Source of the DNA: Candidatus Norongarragalinales archaeon
Lineage (GTDB): Archaea > Micrarchaeota > Micrarchaeia > Norongarragalinales > Norongarragalinaceae
NCBI GenBank assembly: GCA_035291125.1
Contig: DATDSY010000078.1
Location: forward strand, 1 to 30,673
Direction of reading: 5' to 3'
Length of the DNA: 30,673 nt
Shown here: piece after piece, positions 25,132 to 30,673 of the stretch
Position numbering within the stretch: the first letter of the stretch is position 1
How the letters are laid out: each line of letters begins with the position of its first letter
The notes under the pieces: generated by a model
Told to the model about the DNA's origin: nothing
Database searches by the model: none
What the model saw: only the letters and a program-made list of their open reading frames with translations
Program-made: the position numbers and the translations under genes

Positions 25132-26721
25132 CTTCGAAGCCGCGCGTTTTATTGCCCTTAGCTTTTCCTTGAAGTTGCCTGGAAACGCAGATTGGCTTTG
25201 CTTGCCCCTAGAAAACAAGACTACGGCCACTAGTGCCGCGATTATCAACAAAGCCAAGAGCAGGCTGTTTTGAGAAACCGAAGTGAACAAACCCGTCAAT
25301 CCGGAAGGCTTTATCGCCTGTAAGGGCTTGCGCGCTATTTCCCTGCCTTCGCTTTTTATTACCAACACCGGCGAAAGCGCTTCCTCCGAAGTGGTTTGCG
25401 TGATCTTTACAAAAAGCGTCGCAGTCTCTCCCGGCCCGATTGAGCTTACGGTCGAAGACTCTACTTTCCACTGGGAAGGAATGCCCTCTATTTCGGCAGT
25501 CACGTTTTTCAAAGCCTCTGAAAAAGCATTCGTGATTGAAACGCTTATGTCCAGGACGTTGTCCGAACGCGTTTCGACAGACTGCACTGGCGCGGTCGCC
25601 GTGCAAGAGTCAACCTGGATTTTCACTTCAGCCTGCCCGAACAATCCTCTCGCCGAGCTTTTTGCGGTAACGAGAAAAGCGTTTTCGCCCGCCTTCAGGG
25701 AATCGGCAGGAATGCTTATCGCAAACAACGCCTTTTCTCCGGCGTTTAGCTGCACGAATTCTGGAGTCGACTGCGAGCTCTTGGGAATTTCTATTGCGAA
25801 AGAGTCGCGCGAAGTTCCGGTGTTTTCCACTATAGCGTTGAAAGAAATTTCCTCGCATTGCTTTCCTGAAACTTTCTGCGGCAGGCGCACCTGCCCCTCA
25901 AAAACGTCATCTACTTCAACGCAAACCGGGTTTTCAGCCAAAACCTGGCCGCTGTGCGACACTTGCAGCGAAACGTACCGCCTTCCGCCTTCAACCCGCT
26001 CGGGAAGAAATTCTATCCAGACTTCCTTCGATTCTCCCCTGCGCAGGGAAACGGCCCTCGGCGAAACGTATGAAGAAATTTCGTTCTCCGCGCCCACGGT
26101 CCTCAACTCGAAAGTCGAAGCAGCCCCGCGGTTGATTACGGTGAAAGGCCTGCGTGCCGTTTCGCCCGGCTTTATCTTAATGCAATAATCGCTTCCTGAA
26201 ATTTCCGCTTCAAAATCGGTAGGGTCGAAACGCGAAGAGTAAGCAACGGTGCTCCACGCGAAAGAGCCGTCCCCGTACGAACGCGGAGGCACGAACGAAT
26301 CCACTGCAACGCGGCTGTCGTCGTAAATGCTGCAGCGTTCCGGCGGGTTGGCCGCAACCAAAACCGACTTCTCGAGCGCTTCGCAACGCCCGTTCGCATC
26401 GCAAACGTCAGCCTTTACGCCAATGCGCTCGGTTCCCCTGAAGCAAAGCGGAGCCCAAAACTTAAGCCACGTCCCCTTCGCCCCCCTTTCGGGAACAATG
26501 ACGCCGTCGTCCTCGAAAAACCCGTTCAGCCCGCCCAAGTCGGCGCTGAAAGACGCGGTTCTTGCTATTCCATCGGTGTTCGTTATCCAAAAGTAAACCT
26601 TCCCTTCCGTACCGCGTATGGAAACGTGGTCGGAATTAGAATACAATTGCAAAGAGCTCGCGCTCGAAACGAAAAGCAAAGCGAAAAACAAGGCAAACGC
26701 TATTCCCTTCAAAAAATTCAC
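25129..26721 (-). CDS. Multi-Ig-like-domain surface protein with signal peptide and C-terminal TM
   Basis: Signal peptide (FVSSASS|L), Ig-like units (INRG...L.RGESKEV; VENTG...LNAGEK; IEGIPSQW...IGPGET), paired Cys, SGLTGLFT, TM, basic tail. Confidence 0.82.
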   Translation of the reverse strand: MNFLKGIAFALFFALLFVSSASSLQLYSNSDHVSIRGTEGKVYFWITNTDGIARTASFSADLGGLNGFFEDDGVIVPERGAKGTWLKFWAPLCFRGTERIGVKADVCDANGRCEALEKSVLVAANPPERCSIYDDSRVAVDSFVPPRSYGDGSFAWSTVAYSSRFDPTDFEAEISGSDYCIKIKPGETARRPFTVINRGAASTFELRTVGAENEISSYVSPRAVSLRRGESKEVWIEFLPERVEGGRRYVSLQVSHSGQVLAENPVCVEVDDVFEGQVRLPQKVSGKQCEEISFNAIVENTGTSRDSFAIEIPKSSQSTPEFVQLNAGEKALFAISIPADSLKAGENAFLVTAKSSARGLFGQAEVKIQVDSCTATAPVQSVETRSDNVLDISVSITNAFSEALKNVTAEIEGIPSQWKVESSTVSSIGPGETATLFVKITQTTSEEALSPVLVIKSEGREIARKPLQAIKPSGLTGLFTSVSQNSLLLALLIIAALVAVVLFSRGKQSQSAFPGNFKEKLRAIKRAASK

Positions 26722-26728
26722 CTCAATC

Positions 26729-26759
26729 GTTACTACCCTGCAGTTGGGACTATTTAAAG
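26729..26759 (-). promoter_or_regulatory. TATA box plus shared 17-bp element, copy 2
   Basis: Plus strand GTTACTACCCTGCAGTT-N5-TATTTAAAG, identical to 17821-17851 apart from the 5-nt spacer. Confidence 0.75.
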
Positions 26760-26787
26760 ATAGCGTTTCGCGGTGAAACCTTCTTTT

Positions 26788-26817
26788 TCACTACCCAATA
26801 GTAAATACATTTATAAA
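26788..26817 (+). promoter_or_regulatory. Palindromic site TCACTA-N5-TAGTAA just upstream of the trmB-like TATA (TTTATAAA, 26810-26817)
   Basis: Shares the ACTACCC core with the two 17-bp elements; forms an imperfect inverted repeat with a 5-nt spacer. Confidence 0.55.
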
Positions 26818-26966
26818 CAAGGATATGCAACATTTGCAGGTAGCGAAGGCAACAGCCAACCGCTGTTGCAAAGTAGCGATGGTGCAAGCCGACGCAGGCA
26901 GGTAACAAGTTACTCCTGGAAACAAGTAAAATAATAAAGGTGTGGTGTGTGAATTACTCCGATGCT

Positions 26967-27695
26967 ATGGCAGCCAATCCCGAAGTTTTAAACTCACTCA
27001 GGCAACTGGGCTTGAACCAATACGAGGCTAAGGCGTACTATGCTTTGGCTAACTTTGGAATTCACACTGCAGGAGAGCTTGCCGAACGCGCCGAATTGCC
27101 GCGGCCGCGCATTTACGACGTGCTGACGGAATTGCAGGGCAAAGGATTCGTTTTGATCCAGCAGGGCAGGCCCGTGAAGTACGCCGCGCTTCCTATAGGT
27201 GAAGCGGTTAAAACGCTGACGAAGCAAAGGCAGACCGGGCTCGAGGAAGAACTGGAGAAGATAGAAGACATTGGCAAAAAGCTTTCGCTGAAAATAAAAG
27301 CCCAGGGCGGGCAGGCATCTCCGATTGAAGATGCGATTTGGACGCTTAAGGGCCGAGAGGCGATTTACAGCAAAATTTCAGCCATGATTGCAAACGCGAA
27401 ACAGCACGTGACGATTGCGACGGACGAAAAGGGATGGATCCGCAAGAGCAAGGTGCACGGCAAGGAAATAGAGAAGGCATCGAAGCGCGGCGCTGAAATC
27501 ACAGTAATCACGCCTGCCTCAAATCCAGGCATGCAGGCAATACACGCGCAGAAAGAACTGCCGTCTAGAATGGTTTTGGCCGACGACCAGGCTCTGCTCT
27601 TCTTGAGCCCGAAGGAAGCGAAGGCTGAAGAGGAAATCGCATTGTGGCTCAATAACCCGCAATTCGTGCAAACGTTCAAGCAGGCTATAAAATAA
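26967..27695 (+). CDS. TrmB-family transcriptional regulator
   Basis: LRQLGLNQYEAKAYYAL...LPRPRIYDVLTELQGKGFV...PVKY, a coiled coil, WTLKGREAI, and a PLD-like effector domain (RMVLADDQALL). Alternative GTG start at 26949. Confidence 0.88.
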   Translation: MAANPEVLNSLRQLGLNQYEAKAYYALANFGIHTAGELAERAELPRPRIYDVLTELQGKGFVLIQQGRPVKYAALPIGEAVKTLTKQRQTGLEEELEKIEDIGKKLSLKIKAQGGQASPIEDAIWTLKGREAIYSKISAMIANAKQHVTIATDEKGWIRKSKVHGKEIEKASKRGAEITVITPASNPGMQAIHAQKELPSRMVLADDQALLFLSPKEAKAEEEIALWLNNPQFVQTFKQAIK

Positions 27696-27739
27696 GCTTT
27701 TTCGAGAAAACTCTAAAAATATAGCGCGGGAATTAAAAA

Positions 27740-28471
27740 TTATTCAGCTGCAGCCGGGGCGCTTGCCTCGGCTTCTTCCTTCGCCGGCTCTTCCTGCGTT
27801 GCAGCAGCTTCTTCCTTCACGCGCGCGTCCTGCTTTTCGGGAGACTCGTCCCTGTCCGCAGTCTTCTGGTCGATTTGCATCGCCTGGGCGACGTCGAACT
27901 CTTCGTACAACTCCGCCTTAGTGAGCTCCACGCGCTTCAAGGGATAGATTTTTACCAGCACCTTGTGCAATTCCGCGTTCAGCTGCTGGAACATGATCGA
28001 ACGAATGAAATCGCCGAAGTCGGCTGCTGCGCTTCTCCTCTTCAGTTCTTCCGCCAGAGCGTTGCGCAACCCCTTCTTCTGAGCGTCGGAGCAAGTTCCT
28101 TGAGTCACCATAAGGGCGCTCAGCTGGAATTCCACGCCGTCCTTCGACTTCAAGGGAATATGCAGCTCCAACGCATCGCGCCTCCTCCTAACTAGAGTTG
28201 AAATGTACTCTCGCGCGAGCGAAAAGCCTATGAACTTTGTGAACGCGTTCTTCCCGTTGATTTCGGAAACGCGCAATCTCACTGAAAAGTACAAGTGGGA
28301 AATGTCGCGGGTGACTTCCTTGAGAGGAATGGAAATCACGCGGTTCAAGAGGGTGGCTTCTTCGGTCGCCGGAATCGTGAGCGTGGTGTGCACTTCGCCC
28401 AAAAACTTCGGTGCAACCACCGTGTACCACTGCTTGGTCTTCCAAACGTCAATCGTCTTTTTTACAACCAT
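27740..28471 (-). CDS. rps3ae: 30S ribosomal protein S3Ae (eS1)
   Basis: DVWKTKQWYTVVAP, NRVI, AFTKFIG, REYISTLVRRRR, KIYPLKRVE; acidic Ala/Glu tail. Confidence 0.93.
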   Translation of the reverse strand: MVVKKTIDVWKTKQWYTVVAPKFLGEVHTTLTIPATEEATLLNRVISIPLKEVTRDISHLYFSVRLRVSEINGKNAFTKFIGFSLAREYISTLVRRRRDALELHIPLKSKDGVEFQLSALMVTQGTCSDAQKKGLRNALAEELKRRSAAADFGDFIRSIMFQQLNAELHKVLVKIYPLKRVELTKAELYEEFDVAQAMQIDQKTADRDESPEKQDARVKEEAAATQEEPAKEEAEASAPAAAE

Positions 28472-28496
28472 GTTCAAGCACGCAAAACCATTATTT

Positions 28497-28943
28497 TTAC
28501 TTCACTAGCAACGCCGCTTCCTCTGGAACGTACTTCCAGTGTTGAGGCAGGCGCTTTCCGCGGTAGTATCTCACCAGGCGGTTGATTTTAGATTCTATGT
28601 TGTGCAAATGCCTTCGGTTGTCCTTGTCCTTCTTGTTCGCAACCAAGTGCTTGCGCAAACGCACAGCCTTGCGCACCAAGTCAATCATGTCCGAAGGGTA
28701 TTGCGGCAAAACGTTTTTTTGCTTGAGGAAAGCGCTTATCGAAACGCCCAGCACTTTCTTGGCTTCAGGCACTCCGTGCTGGTCGCGCAGGACCAAGCCT
28801 ATTTTCGCGGGAGGAACGCCTTCTTTCGCAAGCTGTTCTATCACGTTCTCCAAATCGGCCTTGTCGGCCTTAGCCCACTTCGACTGGAAGGAAGGCTTGC
28901 GGCTCCGGCTCTTTCCTTTCTTACGCGTATGCATTCTCGCCAT
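28497..28943 (-). CDS. rps15: 30S ribosomal protein S15 (uS15, S13e-like)
   Basis: MARMHTRKKGKSRS, IGLVLRDQHG, KAVRLRKHL, IESKINRLVRYY. Confidence 0.96.
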   Translation of the reverse strand: MARMHTRKKGKSRSRKPSFQSKWAKADKADLENVIEQLAKEGVPPAKIGLVLRDQHGVPEAKKVLGVSISAFLKQKNVLPQYPSDMIDLVRKAVRLRKHLVANKKDKDNRRHLHNIESKINRLVRYYRGKRLPQHWKYVPEEAALLVK

Positions 28944-29062
28944 TTTTCAAAACCAACTCTAAACGTCAAAAACCCAGTAATCTTAAAGTTCGAATCCGCC
29001 GGGAGCGGTTAGAACGAGGAAAGAATATGCGAAAATCCCTTTAAAAAACCTTTTCTTGCGTT

Positions 29063-30673
29063 TCAAGACAGCGAAACCAGCACTGAATCGTTCTGCGCGT
29101 TCGGAACAGGCGAAAATTCTATTACCTTCACCCTTCCCACGCCCTTGATGTCTTCAGCCACGCTCGCCAGCCTCTTGCAAACAGCATCTCCCGCGCTTAT
29201 TCTCACTAGGTCCACTTCCGAGCCCAGCGACAAGCTTTTCTCAGCCTTCAACCGGCGTATTTGCGTCACTACCTCATGCAGCAAAGCGCCCAGCATTTCT
29301 GCATCCGGCTTTATCTTTTCTTTTTCAACTGCGGGCCAAGTGGAAATGTGAATGCTTCCTCCGTCCGCGAACAAATGCGAATAAATTTCTTCGGAAGTGA
29401 AGGGCGCGAAGGGAGCGAGCATCTTCAGGCAATCCCCTAGCGCAGCGCGCGCGCAGTACAACGCCGCGTTCCTCGATTCGTTCTTCTCGTCATAAACCCG
29501 GTACTTGATGTCTTCCAAATAAAAATCGCAGTACTCGTGCCAGAAAAACTCGTACAGCGCGCTTATCGCCGAATAGTAATCATGAGTTTCAAACGCCTGA
29601 GTGACGGTTTTTTTAGTCGAGTTCAGCCTGCTCAAGAGCCACTCGTCGACAACCCCTAGCTTTTCCGGCTTCCTCTCTACTTTCTCCATTTTCTCGACGA
29701 ATTTCGAAGCGTTCCAAAGTTTTACCAAAAAGCTTTTCGCCCTCTCGACTTCCTTCGGCGCGTAAGCGATGTCCTTTCCGGTCGACCCGCCTAGCGCGGC
29801 CCACTGGCGCAAGGCGTCAGCCCCGTATTTTCCAATCACGTCTTTCGCCTCTACGTAATTGCCGAGGCTTTTGCTCATCTTTTTCTTGTCTTCACCCTGC
29901 ACCATTCCATTCACAAGGAATTCCTTGAACGGGCTTTTGCCTGTAAGCATGAGGCAACGAAAAACAGTGTAAAAGCCCCACGTTCGGATTATGTCTGTGC
30001 CCTGGGGGCGCAAGGCCGCAGGATACAATTCTTTAAAGTTTTTTCCGTTAGGCCAGCCTGCGATTACCAACGGGGTTATGCTCGAATCTACCCAGCCGTC
30101 GCAAATGCTTTTTTCCCCTACGAGCTTTCCGCCGCAACCGCATTTTTCTGCCGGCGCGCTCGCAACCGACGGGTCGACAGGCAGGTCTTTCTCTTTCGGG
30201 AGAAAAACTTTCCCGCAATCGCTGCAATACCAGAACGGAATGGGAATTCCGAACACCCTCTGCCTCGAAAAGCACCAGTCCCACTCCAAGCCTTCAGTCC
30301 AGTCTTCGAAAAGCTGGTATGCGAATGCGGGATTCCACCTGGATTCTTTCGCCGCTTTCAGGATTTTCTCTTCGTTACCCTTGATTTTCATGAACCACTG
30401 CGTCGACAGTACGAGTTCAACGGGCTTTTTGCACCGGTCGTGAATTTTCACCATCTGCTGGAGCGGCGCCTGCCTTTCCAAAAGCTTTTCGCTCGCCAAC
30501 TCCTCGATTATTTTCACCCGCGCCTTTTCCAAATGCTCTCCCGAGTATTTCCCGGCATTCGTCAGCAGCCCTTTCTCGTCTATCGCCTTGATTACAGGCA
30601 GCGAATGCTGTTTCTGCCAAAGCAAATCCTGCTTGTCTCCGAAAGTGCAAACCATCACCGCGCCGCTTCCGAA
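29063..30673 (-). CDS. valS: Valyl-tRNA synthetase, C-terminal part (5' end beyond the window)
   Basis: Frame is open to the window edge: FGSGAVMVCTFGD, WDWCFSRQRVFGIPIP, DGWVDSS, RPQGTDIIRTW, KMSKSLGN, anticodon-binding domain. Confidence 0.95.
   Translation of the reverse strand, partial: FGSGAVMVCTFGDKQDLLWQKQHSLPVIKAIDEKGLLTNAGKYSGEHLEKARVKIIEELASEKLLERQAPLQQMVKIHDRCKKPVELVLSTQWFMKIKGNEEKILKAAKESRWNPAFAYQLFEDWTEGLEWDWCFSRQRVFGIPIPFWYCSDCGKVFLPKEKDLPVDPSVASAPAEKCGCGGKLVGEKSICDGWVDSSITPLVIAGWPNGKNFKELYPAALRPQGTDIIRTWGFYTVFRCLMLTGKSPFKEFLVNGMVQGEDKKKMSKSLGNYVEAKDVIGKYGADALRQWAALGGSTGKDIAYAPKEVERAKSFLVKLWNASKFVEKMEKVERKPEKLGVVDEWLLSRLNSTKKTVTQAFETHDYYSAISALYEFFWHEYCDFYLEDIKYRVYDEKNESRNAALYCARAALGDCLKMLAPFAPFTSEEIYSHLFADGGSIHISTWPAVEKEKIKPDAEMLGALLHEVVTQIRRLKAEKSLSLGSEVDLVRISAGDAVCKRLASVAEDIKGVGRVKVIEFSPVPNAQNDSVLVSLS

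Noticed and set aside
26825-26905. 26-codon uORF and an 8-bp hairpin (GCAACAGC/GCTGTTGC) in the trmB-like leader
   Set aside because: The ATG is too close to the TATA box to be transcribed from it and has no RBS. The region is better explained by operator-like copies.
27696-27739. GCTTTTCG and AAAAATATAGC fragments resembling the double-hairpin element
   Set aside because: Matches are short, out of order and lack both stems; likely chance.
27740-27860. Acidic Ala/Glu-rich C-terminal tail on S3Ae
   Set aside because: Variable acidic tails are common on archaeal ribosomal proteins.
28988-28997. GTTCGAATCC, a tRNA T-loop-like sequence upstream of rps15
   Set aside because: The flanks do not form a T stem and there is no acceptor or anticodon arm.
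1-30673. CRISPR array, cas genes, transposase, integrase or prophage
   Set aside because: No regularly spaced direct repeats and no such protein motifs. The PT and GGS repeats are coding linkers with synonymous variation.

Overview
Archaeal chromosomal segment carrying eS1/S3Ae, uS15, eS8, Gar1, TFB, Trm1, RNase HII, ValRS and an intron-containing tRNA-Trp. The style suggests a DPANN organism, possibly Micrarchaeota; that is an inference, not tested. Four blocks are visible. (1) 1-6738 is a probable cobalamin scavenge-and-use cluster: intein-containing class II ribonucleotide reductase, PduO-type adenosyltransferase, DUF4430-like lipoprotein, a divergent HTH regulator with a palindromic operator-like region, a secreted alpha/alpha-barrel protein and a CbrT-like ECF S component. 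(2) GDH and a single-domain KaiC/RAD55 ATPase. (3) Membrane-anchored, Ig-like, Cys-rich surface proteins at 8823-17804 and 23947-26721. Two share an N-terminal motif at identical positions, and two share an identical 17-bp promoter element that recurs in degenerate form around a neighbouring TrmB-family gene. (4) Housekeeping genes. Non-coding highlights: a ~190-nt tRNA-Trp intron with a C34 methylation guide, and two copies of a TTA-flanked double-hairpin element fused to stop codons. The tfb gene has an in-frame TAA at a normally conserved Tyr. All family assignments are from motif recognition by eye; no database searches were run.
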